Of a stretch of DNA of 64,000 nucleotides, positions 1-12,661 are shown piece after piece. Numbering within the stretch: position 1 is the first letter of the stretch; each line of letters opens with the position of its first letter. The position numbers were made by a program, and so were the translations under genes. The DNA is from Eledone cirrhosa (taxonomy: Eukaryota). The stretch is from the NCBI GenBank assembly GCA_964016885.1, contig OZ024756.1, positions 2,728,001 through 2,792,000 on the forward strand, read 5' to 3'. Under the pieces are notes generated by a model. That model saw only the letters and a program-made list of their open reading frames with translations. It ran no database searches and was not told the origin of the DNA.

Positions 1-56
1 ATGTTGCACTACTCCACACCTCTATCCTATGTCCTACCACCATATTGTTTCTCCAC

Positions 57-429
57 ACCGAACCACACTCCAATCTCCAGATATACTCCACAACCACACT
101 CCAATCTCCAGATATACTCCAGAACCGAACTCCAATCTCCAGATATACTCCAGAACCACACTCCAATCTCCAGATATACTCCAGAACCACACTCCAATCT
201 CCAGATATACTCCAGAACCACACTGCAATCTCCAGATATACTCCAGAACCACACTCCGATCTCCACATATACTCCAGAACCACACTCCAATCTCCAGATA
301 TACTCCACAACCACACTCCAATCTCCAGATATACTCCAGAACCACACTCCAATCTCCAGATATACTCCAGAACCACACTCCAATCTCCAGATATACTCCA
401 GAACAACACTCCAATCTCCAGATATACTC
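57..429. repeat. 31-bp minisatellite, about 12 copies
   Basis: Unit AACCACACTCCAATCTCCAGATATACTCCAG recurs at 61, 92 and onward; it explains the overlapping ORFs at 1-850. Confidence 0.95.
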
Positions 430-947
430 TTCCTTTCACTCCCAATTCTTCCTTTCTGTCTTCTTTCCTTCCTCCTTTCTAATCTTCTTTCTTTCCTTCC
501 ACCTTTTCCTCCTTTCTTTCCTCCTGTATTTCTTCCTTCTTCTTCCTTGCCATCTTTTTCTTTGTTTCTTCTTTTCTCATCGTTCTCTCTTTCTTTTTTC
601 CTCTTTTTTCTTTCTGTCTTTCATTCTTATTTTGTTTTGTTTTCGTTCTTTCGTTCTTTCTTTCGTTCTTTCTTTCGTTCTTTCTTTTGTTCTCTCTTTT
701 GTTCTTTCTTTCGTTCTTTCGTTCTTTCTTTCTTTCTTTCGTTCTTTCTTTCTTTCTTTCCTGCTATATTGCTTGTTTCTCTTCCTCATTCTTCTTCTTT
801 TCATTCTTCCTCAATTCCTTCTTCCTTCCTCCGCTGTCATTAACTCTCTCTAAATGTTCTTCTCATTTTTCACTTCTTCTCTTTCTATAATTCTTTCATT
901 TCTCTCTCACTCTACCTCTTTCATTGTTTCCTTCCACTTTTACCTCT

Positions 948-1660
948 CACACACATATACAGCCTGGAACACACACACACACACATACAGCCTGGAACAC
1001 ACACACACACATACAGCCTGGAACACACACACACACATACAGCCTGGAACACACACACACACACATAGCATGGAACACACACACATATAGCCTGGAACAC
1101 ACACACACACATACAGCCTGGAACACACACACACACACATATAGCATGGAACACACACATATAGCATGGAACACACACACACATACAGCATGGAATACAC
1201 ACACACATACAGCCTGGAACACACGCACACACATTCACACATACACACAAAACACACATAAACACACACATAAACTCTCACACACTCACATATACACAAA
1301 CACACACAAACACAAACACACATACAGCATGAAACACACACACACACACACTCACTCACACATACATACAAAACACACAGAATATACACACACTCTCGCA
1401 CACTCACATACACACAAAACACACATAAAACACACACATAACATTCACACATTCACACACTCACATACACACACTCCCGCACACTCACATACACACAAAA
1501 CACACATAAAACACACACACAAATACTCACACACTCACATACACACAGACATAAACACACACAAACACACGCACACAAAAAGAGACACTCTCACACACAC
1601 ACATAAACACACTCACACACACATAAACATACCCACACTCACATAAACACATAAACACAC
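948..1660. repeat. (CA)n-based compound repeat with ATACAGCCTGGAAC/ATAGCATGGAAC spacers
   Basis: The spacer recurs about 10 times between variable (CA)n runs at 955-1220, followed by a degenerate CA tract. Confidence 0.9.
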
Positions 1661-1867
1661 ACAATTTTATCATCTATTCACAGCAGACAAAATGTTCCAG
1701 TCACAGAGATTTGGTTGGAAACAATCTGACCTTTGAGGGTTTCTGTTCAGCTATTCCAATCTCTTAACTTGTTACACGCACACACACACACACATACACA
1801 CACACACATACACACACAGACAGACACACACACACAAGTACAGGCGTCAAACTTTATATATATATAT

Positions 1868-1929
1868 GTTTTTGAGAAGATCCCGTAAAAGGGTGAAAGC
1901 AGCGATTCTTTGCTTAAACTTTAATCTGT
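1868..1929 (+). ncRNA. hammerhead-like motif, family H, degenerate copy
   Basis: GAGAAGA-TCCC-GTAAAA-GGGT-GAAAGCAGCGATTCTTTGCTT-AAACT-TTAATCTG; same sequence as at 7744 and 31499; TA-flanked. Confidence 0.5.
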
Positions 1930-1957
1930 ACTTATGGTAAATATATATATATATATA

Positions 1958-2120
1958 ACGAACTAAATGTGGTAAGGAACCAGGTGGACCATAACGCACC
2001 AAAGTACTCAATACTTAGGGTAGTAGAGTGGGTAATAGGAACAAGTAGGACCCCGGACTAGTCCAGAATTAGCCGTCGAAACGGCTTGAGCTCAGCCGTC
2101 GGGGTCCTACTCGTTCCTAT
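1958..2120 (-). mobile_element. short TA-embedded fold-back element (family A) carrying the 3' half of a hammerhead; putative non-autonomous PLE derivative
   Basis: ATAGGAACAAGTAGGACCCC is inverted against GGGGTCCTACTCGTTCCTAT. It contains GAAAC-GGCT-TGAGCTC-AGCC-GTC (stem III plus GUC). Homologous to 35966-36168 and 62024-62142. Confidence 0.65.
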
Positions 2121-2154
2121 AATTATATATATATATTTTGGTAGATTTATCTAC

Positions 2155-2273
<119 letters not shown>

Positions 2274-2442
2274 CAATTACCTTAATGAATAATTTCTATT
2301 TAATATACTCAATATTTTCACTCCTAATACGTTGATATCTGAGTAACATAATATCTTTTTGTCACTGGCACTGTCAATAGTAATGAATCTTTATGTACGT
2401 TCCGAAGACTAGGATTATAATTACTTGTTTAAACATTGTGTA

Positions 2443-2489
2443 TGCTCCGATGATTCCAGGCAGTTGTCTGGAAGAAACGATCGTCAGCA
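2443..2489 (+). ncRNA. type I hammerhead ribozyme motif (core U4C)
   Basis: Stem I TGCT/AGCA; core CCGATGA; stem II TTCCAGGC/GTCTGGAA; GAAAC-GATC-GTC with a palindromic stem III, as in PLE minimal/dimeric hammerheads. It lies in a TA-flanked segment at about 2270-2670. Confidence 0.7.
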
Positions 2490-2678
2490 ATTAAATGTAT
2501 TAAGCTAAAAGTGGATTGTTTTATATTTTGTATCTCGGGTCTGTAATACATTTGATAAGTTACATTGAGCTTTTTCTCTTATTGGTAATTGGGTAGTGCT
2601 TAATACTACCCTTTCTTATTTATAATTGTATATAACTCATATATAAGTATAAATATTATTATATATAATACCTGGACA

Positions 2679-2872
2679 ACGGCAGTGAATTGGCAGTATC
2701 ATTTATATCGCCTCATTGAGGTTATGACCCTTTATATAATGATTTTAAAACGTATGGAAGTTAGCTTTGCCTTTCATACTTTCGGGATCGATAAAATAAA
2801 GTACCAGTAAAACACTGGGGTAAATATAATTGACTTTCCCTCTCCCTCAAAATTGTGCGTCTTGTGCCTAAA
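2679..2872 (+). mobile_element. tRNA-derived SINE, family 1, degenerate
   Basis: Head GGCAGTGAATTGGCAGTATC and central CTTTGCCTTTCAT...GATAAAATAAAGTACCAG are shared with the other copies in the window. Confidence 0.8.
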
Positions 2873-2956
<84 letters not shown>

Positions 2957-3532
2957 TTATATATATATATATATATATATATAAAGTTATGAAACGAAAG
3001 GAGCTGTGTGGTTACTAAAAACAAGGATTAGGGTTAGGGTTAGGACGGAACAGAAGGAGAAAGGAAGATGGGAGTTTCCATCGTCAGCTGTAAATGTTTC
3101 CCAAACCGATGTTTCGGCGCTGAATTACAGGACATCGGTTGCGCCCGAGGCCTTTTATTAATAAAAAGGCCAGGTGGAAAAGTAGAGAGCAAGAGAGAAA
3201 AAAAAGAGAGAGAAAAGGAAAGAGAAGGAAAGGAGGAAGAATGGGGGGGGGGGGGTGAGGAGAGGGGAAGAAGGGGAATATTAGGAAAGGAATAGAAGAA
3301 AAAAAGTGTACAGATCCCATCGTGGGAAGACACAGGTGAAAGAAACATGCAATAATAGTGGAAAAATAGGGAAAGTAAGTTGTGGCCAACTTGGGAGACT
3401 TTAGCCTGGTGGGCAGCTACGACTCAGAGCTGGTATAATCGTGATGCCTCTCGCATACACAGGAGAAAGTGAGAGAGAGAGACACATTTGCGTGTGTGTG
3501 TGTGTGTGTGTGCGTGTGCGTGCGTGTGTGTG

Positions 3533-3586
3533 TATACAGGGTTTTAATCCATGTGTGTAAACATTTTTGGGGACACCCTGTGTATA
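3533..3586. mobile_element. Tc1-like TIR remnant
   Basis: TATACAGGG...ACATTTTTGGGGACACCCTGTG; the right end reads CAGGGTGTCCCCAAAAATGT on the minus strand, a Tc1-type terminus. Confidence 0.4.
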
Positions 3587-4035
3587 TTTATCGGTACACA
3601 CACACATGCACACACACACACATCACACACACATACACACACACACACACACATATCACATACACACACATGCACATACAAACACACACAGTCGAAATAG
3701 TCCAGTCGTTAGGCAGTGGTATACAAGGACACACCAGTATCTGGTCTGTCTAAATCTATTCTGAATTCAAATCCTCCAAACCTCAAGTTTCCCTTTCAAA
3801 CTTTCGAGGTCGATAAATAAAGTACGACTGTAGTAATGGGGTTTCAATCTTCCTCTCCCTCTTTTATCATATTCTCTGGAAGAAGTCCGCTGTATTCAGC
3901 CCTAGGGAGGGGTAGACACAACAAGGTTTAAAACGTCCAGGACACACGAGTGTCAAGACCTCACCCCAGACTGCATCAGGTCTTAAGGGAGATTTGTGAT
4001 CTCTTTCCCTCCTTCGCTCTCTTTTTCTGTATATA

Positions 4036-4150
<115 letters not shown>

Positions 4151-4157
4151 AGAGATA

Positions 4158-4230
4158 AATTCTGATGAAGGTCTAATCTCCGAAACGTAAAGACTCATAT
4201 CCTACTATATCAAACGTTAATATAATATAT
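4158..4230 (+). ncRNA. minimal PLE-type hammerhead plus 3' tail, stem I damaged
   Basis: CTGATGAA-GG...CC-GAAACGTA-AAGAC; the downstream sequence (CCT.CTAT.TCAA.CGTTAA.ATAA) is homologous to that following 35803-35838. Confidence 0.55.
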
Positions 4231-4295
4231 TTTTTCATTGTACCGTGTTGTTTGAATTTTTTTCTTCGTTTAAATTTTGTGTATATATATATAGA

Positions 4296-4856
4296 GAGAA
4301 GACATTTTAACCCTTGTCTATTGTTATTCATATGTTTATGTTCGCAACAACGCAGCACGCCATTCTTCATTCACATATTTTTTCCCTTCGCTGTTGTTTG
4401 TATTTTTTCTGTCACTTTACTTCTATCACCCTTTCTCTCTCCTTCACCTCTTGCCTTCCTCAACTCCCGCTGCTGGTCACTCACTCTCGGCTGGCCCTTC
4501 CTCCCACTTTCACTCACCACCTCTCTGCTTATCCCCCCTCTCACTTCCTCCCGCCTGACCTGCTTGAATTTCTTTCCTCTCTCAATCTTCTCGCGGCTCG
4601 GACGTGTCTATTTCTCCTCGTCAATTTGATATGTCGGGCTTAAGCCCACAGGGTTCATTGACTTGTCTCTCTTTTCCTCTCTTTATGTTGCATACCACCA
4701 TGTGTTTGTTTCCTTCCCTCTGTTTTCCCACTGTCCCGATAACTTAATTGAGTTATCACTCGCACTGATTTTAGGTATCTAGTCTGTAATGCGTCGAAAT
4801 ACCAATGATAATCAGCAGACTACTGAAGAGGACATTTTAACCCTTGTCTATTTTTA

Positions 4857-4863
<7 letters not shown>
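4296..4863. mobile_element. TA-embedded element with ~32-bp direct terminal repeats
   Basis: GACATTTTAACCCTTGTCTATT(G/T)TTATTCATAT occurs at 4302 and 4832, with (TA)n on both sides. Confidence 0.5.
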
Positions 4864-4946
<83 letters not shown>

Positions 4947-5039
4947 TAAGTGAGAGATAGATAGAGAAGGACAGAGAGAGATGGGGAGGGAGTGAGAGGG
5001 GGAGAGAGAGAGGGAGTTAGTGTACGGGTCTGTGAGTAT

Positions 5040-5720
5040 TCGTGTAAATGTGCGTGTGTGTCTGTTTGAGAATGTGTGTTTTTGTTTGTATCTCTGAGTA
5101 TGTGTGTGTTTGTGTGTATGTGTGTGTTTATGTGTGTGTTTCTGTGTCTGTTTGAGTATGTGTGTGTGTGTATGTGTGTGTTTGTGTGTGTGTTTGTGTG
5201 TGTTTGTGCGTGTGTGTGTTTGTGTGTGTGTTTGTGTGTGTCTGTGTGTGTGTGTTTATGTGCGTGTCTGTGTGTGTTTGTGTGTGTCTGTGTGTGTCTG
5301 TGTGTGTTTGTGTGTGTATCTGTGTGTGTGTCTATGTGTATGTTTGTGTGTGTGTTTGTGTGTGTTTGTGTGTGTCGTGTTTGTGTGCGTATTTGTGTGT
5401 GTCTGTGTGTTTGTGTGCGTGTCTGAGTGTGTGTTTGTGTGTTTGTGTGTGTCTGTGTGTGTGTGTGTCTATGTGTATGTTTGTGCGTGTATTTGTGTGT
5501 GTCTGTGTGTGTGTATGTATGTGTTTGTGTGTTTGTGTGTGTGTATGTGTGTGTTTGTGTGTGTCTTTGTGTGTGTCTTTGTGAGTGTGTGTGTGTGTTT
5601 GTGCGTGTCTGTGTGTGTTTGTGCGTGTGTTTGTGTATGTTTGTGCGTGTCTGTGTTTGTTTGTGTGTGTGTTTGTGTGTGATTGTGCGTGTATGTGTAT
5701 GTTTGTGTGTGTTTGTTTCA
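5040..5720. repeat. degenerate (TG)n low-complexity tract
   Basis: Direct reading; the Cys/Val ORFs here are artefacts. Confidence 0.95.
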
Positions 5721-6122
5721 GTATATGTTTGAGAGTGACGCCATATGTAGCTTCACATGTATTTTGAAGTCAGTGGTGTGTAAAATGGAAGACAAGTGAG
5801 CCGGTATATTAAGATGCAGTTTTAGTGAAGTTCATGTAAGACTAACTGTTTAGATAATAAATATTAAAGCAACAAGGAAATAGAGAGAGCAACACATTAA
5901 ATATACACAACTATCTGATAAACAATTCAGCAGTAAATATCATATAAACAGTTGAAAATATTGGCCTGATGATTAATTATTATTGTTAAGATTAGTTATT
6001 ATTGTTAAGTAAACAGTATAATGGAAAGTATATTTAAAACATGGTCTCACTGACTCTTCTACAGCGAGACCTACAACGTTGAGAAAGAGACTGTAATGTG
6101 TCTAATGTTTGTATGTAGGTGG

Positions 6123-6202
<80 letters not shown>

Positions 6203-6206
<4 letters not shown>

Positions 6207-6571
6207 TTAGTAAAAAGGAAAAGAAAATGGTGACAAATTTTTCCCAGTGGAAAATAGTTTAATTTAGGAATAAGTATAAATTAGTAATAAGTATTAGATA
6301 GTATTCAGTTTTAGTTTTAAGGTTTTACCGGTTGAGCATTTCTTATGCTTTTCAAAAATAATTTTGAGATAGAGTGCTCGTGATTTTTGCTCTAATCGAG
6401 ATTAGAGCAAAGCATAAGTAATGCCCAACCGGTAAAACCTTAAAACTAAAACTGAATACTAATTAATACTTATTACTAATTTCTATTTTCCACTGGGAAA
6501 AATGTGTCAGCATTTTCTTTTCCTTTTTACTAATATATCACAACTCGTGTGTCACACCTCTATTTTTTTAA

Positions 6572-6574
<3 letters not shown>
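6203..6574 (+). mobile_element. TA-embedded fold-back element with unpaired 3' tail
   Basis: 6203-6352 is the reverse complement of 6409-6538 (one ~20-nt indel). Central hairpin TTTGCTCTAATC-GA-GATTAGAGCAAA. AAAGCAT-N5-ATGCTC resembles hammerhead stem III. Confidence 0.7.
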
Positions 6575-6614
<40 letters not shown>

Positions 6615-7118
6615 TAAAGATTCAGCGAGAATCGCATTTTCGGCGGGCAGGAAAAGCGAAGCGAAACCCAAAAATCAGAAATGATACTGGCAAAGTGCTC
6701 AATACTTAAAAACCAGAGCTAAACAATGTGCTAAGAAGCCATACAAAACTGAAAAGGTGGTCAAGAAAGTATTAACCACCCAAGCCAAAAACCAAATCAA
6801 GCCAAACAGGTCAAAACAAAATAAATGATAAAAACTAAGTGATAGATAACCAGACCTGGACTCCCGGAAATGCTGTTAAAATCCGATGTAGAGTTTCTGT
6901 GACACCTAAATCAAAATACAGTCTGCTTAAAAATATAAACTTTGTATATAACGATCGACAACACACACACACAAAGATATATATATATATGAAAATGTTA
7001 AACCCCGACGGCAGAGCTCAAGCCATTTTGACGGCTATTTCTGGACTATATATGTATGTATATATGTACACACACACACACAACATACACACACACAAAA
7101 AAAAACAATATATATATA

Positions 7119-7800
7119 TCTATATATATAAAACAGAGGATGTCTGTCTGTGTGTCTGTTTCCCTAAAACTCGAAAAGTACACAACCGTTTTTTTTCAAA
7201 CTTTACACATGTAACCCAAATAGCCCCGGAAGTGTTTTGAGCCAAATACATTTCGAATTTTCAATGCCCTAGGGACTGCATTAGGCGATTTAGCGATCTC
7301 TTTCTCTTTCTCTTAGTTTTTCTCTTTTTAGATAGATACATAGATATGACGTCGCGCCTTCATAATATCTGTCTGTATGCCTGACTGTCTGCATTACGTC
7401 ATTATGACGCGATCAGTGTGTGTGTATATATATTCTTATGCCAGGGAACGTCTTCACGAACCAAAGTATCGTCTTCCTGTTTTCCAGATTGATTTTTTTA
7501 GTTTAAGAAGATCCCGTTAAGGTTGAAAGCAGCGATTCTTTGCTTAAACATTAATATGTTATTTTAATATAGATATTCGTGTACAGATATTTTTGCACAC
7601 ACAAAAACAAAATATAAACAAACAAGGCCAAAGATTACATCAGTTAGTCTTAGTGTACTTCATACTGCTTTTAGGTAGAAGATTCCATTAAGGGTGAAAG
7701 CAGCGATTCCTTTTCTGCGTTCACAGATTGATTTTTTTAGTTTCAGAAGATCCCGTTAAGGGTGAAAGCAGTTATTCTTCTCTTAAACTTTAATCTGTTA

Positions 7801-7890
<90 letters not shown>

Positions 7891-8036
7891 TATATTCATG
7901 GACAGATATTTTTGCATACACAATAACAAAATATAAACAAACGTATTTATTTCACGAGGCTCGATAAGGATAAATATATATCAAATATATAAGAACCCTA
8001 GAGAAAATCCCGAGCAACGCCGGGCCATTCTGCTAG
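7119..8036 (+). mobile_element. non-autonomous Helitron
   Basis: 5' A|TCTATATATATAAAA with a TCTG-rich leader; 3' hairpin CCCGAGC-AAC-GCCGGG followed by CTAG|T; no TSD. Confidence 0.8.
7723..7798 (+). ncRNA. type I hammerhead-like fold, family H (further copies at 7485-7559 and, partially, 7673-7712)
   Basis: ACAGATTGA-(T)n-AGTTT, CAGAAGA, TCCC-GTTAA-GGGT, GAAAGCAG...CTT, AAACT-TTAATCTGT: a bulged long stem I with stems II and III; stem III is mutated in this copy. Confidence 0.6.
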
Positions 8037-8130
<94 letters not shown>

Positions 8131-8402
8131 CGTTTTATGCATATGTAAGTATATATATATATGTATGTGTGTTTGATTGCGCGTTAGTCCGTTTGTGTAT
8201 CCGTATATATGACTCTATGTGTATCTGTGTCTCTGTGTGTGTGTATGTGTAAATGTGTCTATATGTATCTATATGTATCTGTATGTGTCTGTATGTGTGT
8301 CCGTATTTAAGTTACAGTTGTGTCAGCCACGATAACACAACCTATTATATTGTCAATGTTTTAAGATCAACAACCATGCCACAACCTCTGTTTCTCTGCC
8401 AG

Positions 8403-8545
8403 GGTCTTCATTAGATGTTTACCTGGGTTTCCTCCTCGTTTGTGTCGGATCCTACACCATATTTCAGCTGGTCGGAGGTTGGGAATGTCTCAGACACTGC
8501 CCAACAACCCGCAGCCACCTTCTTGATACGTCGTCGCTCATTTAA
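8403..8545 (+). CDS. candidate terminal coding exon of an unidentified membrane protein
   Basis: Acceptor CCTCTGTTTCTCTGCCAG|G; open frame SSLDVYLGFLLVCVGSYTIFQLVGGWECLRHCPTTRSHLLDTSSLI*; unique, more GC-rich sequence with one hydrophobic stretch. Confidence 0.35.
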
Positions 8546-8847
8546 ACCGAGTTCACAATAGTGTTTTTCAGTGTCGTATATTTGACTTAATATATTGTTT
8601 TGCCTCATTGCATTATTTTCTATTGTCCTATTAATTCTGATTTCAAATTTCATTGAGCTTAACGTTGAGCCTGACGTTGAGCTTGCCGTTGAGCTTGGCT
8701 TTGAGCTTGGCTTTGAGCGTCACATTGATCATTAGTTAGTCTGGTTTTGATGCAATGGATCAGTGATACCAATAGATCGGTGATATCAATATGATACAAT
8801 AATTAATGTATTATCATTATAGCGATTATATTCGAGACTATATTGCT

Positions 8848-9043
8848 GCTGGTCCTCCGTCGGTTTCAATGGAGAGTGTTCCAGTTGTTTGAACCATCGT
8901 TAGTTTGAACAGTCTTCTAGTGAAATTAACGTGCACAGTGAAATAAAGTGTCTTATTGAAAGATACAACTCACCACCCGCTCTGCTGTAGGAAGTCACGA
9001 CCATATAATTATGAGCTCAGCGCCCTAACCATTAAGCCACGCA
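8848..9043 (-). mobile_element. SINE family 2, degenerate
   Basis: Shares CCTCCGTCGGT, AATTAACGTG and GTGAAATAAA.TGTCTT..T.AAG with 33118-33403, and has a tRNA-like head on the minus strand. Confidence 0.55.
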
Positions 9044-9304
9044 AATAATTATAAGCAAAGTTGGCCTCGAAAAGAACATGAACTCATAGCTCAGAGAGCC
9101 GAAAGAATGCCGGGGAGTATTCTAACGAACGCTCTAACGAGGCTGCCAATTCGCCACCTCACCTCAAGATAATTTTGAAAATAGATTAAAATTAGTTCCT
9201 GTAAAATCTATATTTACTGTTCTCTAATCTTCTTTCTATACGTACACATACATTGGAAACCACATATGTACACACATGTAAGAACTTGCCATATACTGGA
9301 TCTT

Positions 9305-9915
9305 TGCTGAAGACCAAACCTCTTCACAGACAACAGCTAGAAGCCTACATTCTTACTTGTAAACCTCATACAAGTGCTGAAGGCCAAGCCTCTTCACAGA
9401 CAGCAACTAGAAGCATACTCGTAAACCTCATACACGTAGTGAAGGCCAAACCTCTTCACAGACAGCAACTAGAAGCCACATTCTTACTCGTAAACCCATC
9501 CACGTATTGATGGGCAAGCCTCTTCACAGACAACAACTAGAAGCCACATTCTTACTCGTAAACCCATCCACGTATTGATGGGCAAGCCTCTTCACAGACA
9601 ACAACTAGAAGCCACATTCTTACTCGTAAACCCATCCACGTATTGATGGGCAAGCCTCTTCACAGACAACAACTAGAAGCCACATTCTTACTCGTAAACC
9701 CATCCACGTATTGATGGGCAAGCCTCTTCACAGACAACAACTAGAAGCCACATTCTTACTCGTAAACCCATCCACGTATTGATGGGCAAGCCTCTTCACA
9801 GACAACAACTAGAAGCCACATTCTTACTCGTAAACCCATCCACGTACTGAATGAAGGCCAAGCCTCTTCACAGACAACAACTAGAAGCCACAATCTTACT
9901 TGTAAACCTCATGCA
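9305..9915. repeat. 68-bp minisatellite, about 9 copies
   Basis: CAAGCCTCTTCACAGACAACAACTAGAAGCCACATTCTTACTCGTAAACCCATCCACGTATTGATGGG at 9515, 9583 and onward; central copies are identical and edge copies are diverged. Confidence 0.95.
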
Positions 9916-10331
9916 CCTTAATATTCCTTTTCCTCAAGGAATCTGGCAAAGCCGCTGTCCTATTACGATTGTCAGTCACGCAACATTTCCAAAGCCACGG
10001 GTGAGACTAGTTTATTTTGACAGTTCACAAACAGATGGTCTCATCAGTTGCCTGTCACCCTCAAAATGTTACGCTAGAGGTGCCATTAACGAAAGAAGCG
10101 CTAAACTTTTTTTATACTTTGAAATTCCTGCTTTAGTGTTATCGTTCTCATGAGCGAAACTACGGAAGATGATGCAGCCATATATATGTGTATGTATGTA
10201 TGAGTATGTGTGTTTGTGTATGTGTGTGGGTGTATATGCCACTGCGTGTGTGCGTAAGGCAGAGAGAGGGAGAGAGAGAGGGAGAGAGCTGTATGTATCT
10301 TTTCAAATATATAGATTCCTAATATAAAGTT

Positions 10332-10363
<32 letters not shown>

Positions 10364-10384
10364 CGTCTGTGTGTGTGTATGTAT

Positions 10385-10441
<57 letters not shown>

Positions 10442-10561
10442 CAGAGAGAGAGAGAGAAAGAGAAAATAATGAGGGAAGGAGAGAGGGAAAGACCGAGAGA
10501 CGGGAGACTTGCATAAATTTAGGAAAACTGGTGTAAATTCGAGGCCCAGCTATGTTGGTGA

Positions 10562-10760
10562 TAATGATTTCTGATTTAGGCCAAAGACCATCAGTTTTGG
10601 GGGTCGGGGCAAGTCGATTAAATCGACCCCAGTACGTTACCGGTACTTTATTTTATCGACCCCGAAAGCTAACCTCAGCAGGATTTGAAATCAGAACGTA
10701 AAAGACCATAGCTCTATTATGCCGCATAGCATGTTGCCCGGCGCTCTACGGATTCTGCTA
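10562..10760 (-). mobile_element. tRNA-derived SINE, family 1
   Basis: GGTACTTTATTTTATCGACCCC...AACCTCAGCAGGATTTGAA is the reverse complement of the central domain and B box. Confidence 0.8.
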
Positions 10761-11177
10761 ATAACAATAACAACAACAATAGCAGCATCATTTAATAGTA
10801 GAAGAATGGAATTTTTATTTTATTATCTATTACTTTTCAATTTTCACCCCACCCCCACCCCGAATGTTCCAGAAGAAAGAATAATTATGATGAATAAGAG
10901 AATGATATGATATTTATGATTTCATCTGAAGATCTTGGCGAAGATTTGGGAATTACTTACGGTAATCTGTCAAATAAAGTTGAGATGATGGGGGTCGGGA
11001 TAAGGATTGGAGGGGTAAGGATGGGGGGTCGGGGTAAGGATTGGAGGGGTAAGGATGGGGGTCAGGGTAAGGATTGGAGGGGGGAGCTGGAGATAAGGCT
11101 AAGAAGACTAATGTCGTGTAGGGAAGAGATTGAAGAGGGTGGGTGGAGGGAGTTGAAGAAGAAATAAAGAAGAGGAC

Positions 11178-11360
11178 GGTGTTGATGGTAGTGGTAGTGG
11201 TGACGGTGATGGTGGTGGTGGTGTTGGTGTTGGTGGTGGTGATGGTGGCGGTGGTGGTGTTGGTGGTGGTGGTGTTGGTGGTGTTGGTGGTGTTGGTGGT
11301 GTTGGTGGGTGGTGTTCATGGTGGTGATGGTGGTGTTGGTGTTAATAATTATGGTGTTGG

Positions 11361-11397
<37 letters not shown>

Positions 11398-12260
11398 AGT
11401 AATAATAATGATAATCTTTGATGAGAGTGGTGGGGATAGGGTAGTTGTGGTGGTGGTGGCGATAGTTGCAGTGTTGGTGGTGGTGATGATGATGGTGATG
11501 ATGATGGTGATAATGGTGGCAATGATGACGGTGGTGGTGTTAGTGGTGGAGGTGGTGGTGGAAGTTGTGGTGTTGGAGATGATGATGATGATATTCATTA
11601 TAATGAATATGGTGATGATGATGACGAAAATGATGATGATGACAATGATTATGATAACGAGGATAATGATGGTGTTGTTGGTGTTGATGATGAAGAAGGA
11701 AATGAATAAAACGATGAAACTTAGACAAGAAGAAGGAGAAGAAGAAGAAGAAGAAGAAGAAGAAGAAGAAGAAGAAGAAGAAGAAGAAGAAGAAGAAGAA
11801 GAAGAAGAAGAAGAAGAAGAAGAAGAAGAAGAAGAAAGAGGAGATAAAGAGAAGATGGAAGGAAAAGGAGAAGTGAATAAAATGAGATAAAAGTAGAGAT
11901 AAGATGAAAGAATGGGAAAGAAATTAGAAGAAAGAAAGGAAGAAGAGAATAAAAGCCATTTAAAATGAAAGAATTACCAGAGAATATGGTGAGGTGGAGA
12001 GGAGCTGATAGAATGATAGGTACCATGGTGATGTAGTGGAGGTTGGGGAAGAGAGGGGAGTGAGAGAGGGAGAGAAAGAGGTAGGGGAGATATGGGAGAG
12101 AGAGGGAGAGAGGTATGGGAGAGAGAAGAAGAAGAAGAAGAAGAAGAAGAAGAAGAAGAAGAAGAAGAAGAAGAAGAAGAAGAAGAAGAAGAAGAAGAAG
12201 AAGAAGAAGAAGAAGAAGAAGAAGACGACGACGACGAAGAAGAAGACGAAGAAGAAGAAG
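11178..12260. repeat. triplet microsatellite cluster: (GGT)n/(GAT)n and two (GAA)n tracts
   Basis: Direct reading; pure (GAA)n at about 11738-11835 and 12125-12223. Confidence 0.95.
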
Positions 12261-12661
12261 GTGGAGACCTGGCTGGGTACTGTTGAACAATTTCAGAGAA
12301 ATATTTATCCCGGAAGTGACTTCATCTGAGAAAATGTTCAACTTTTGCTGCGATAAAAAGTTATTTTATCTGTTTAAAAAACACAAAAAAATGTTAAGTT
12401 TATTTTATATTTATCATTTATTTCCTGGTGTTAATGTTTTCATCGCACTCTCCGTGACCTGGTCACTGCAGACGGAATTTAAAGCTTGAAAGCCACGACA
12501 ATGCGAAAAGAAATGATAAATAAACAAGTCGGATGTAACAAGATGGGTTTTTACCTTAATATATTTATATGTCCCGATATTTTAGAGATTCCTGGTTAAC
12601 TGGGGTTGGGGAACTTTCTCGCATTCGTCTGTCTGTGGCGATTGTCAAGCTGAGATCTCAG

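Noticed and set aside
3028-3044. TTAGGG x2.8 as an interstitial telomere
   Set aside because: Too short to distinguish from chance.
11309-12489. Poly-Glu, poly-Lys, poly-Arg and poly-His ORFs
   Set aside because: They come from triplet microsatellites with no splice or domain support.
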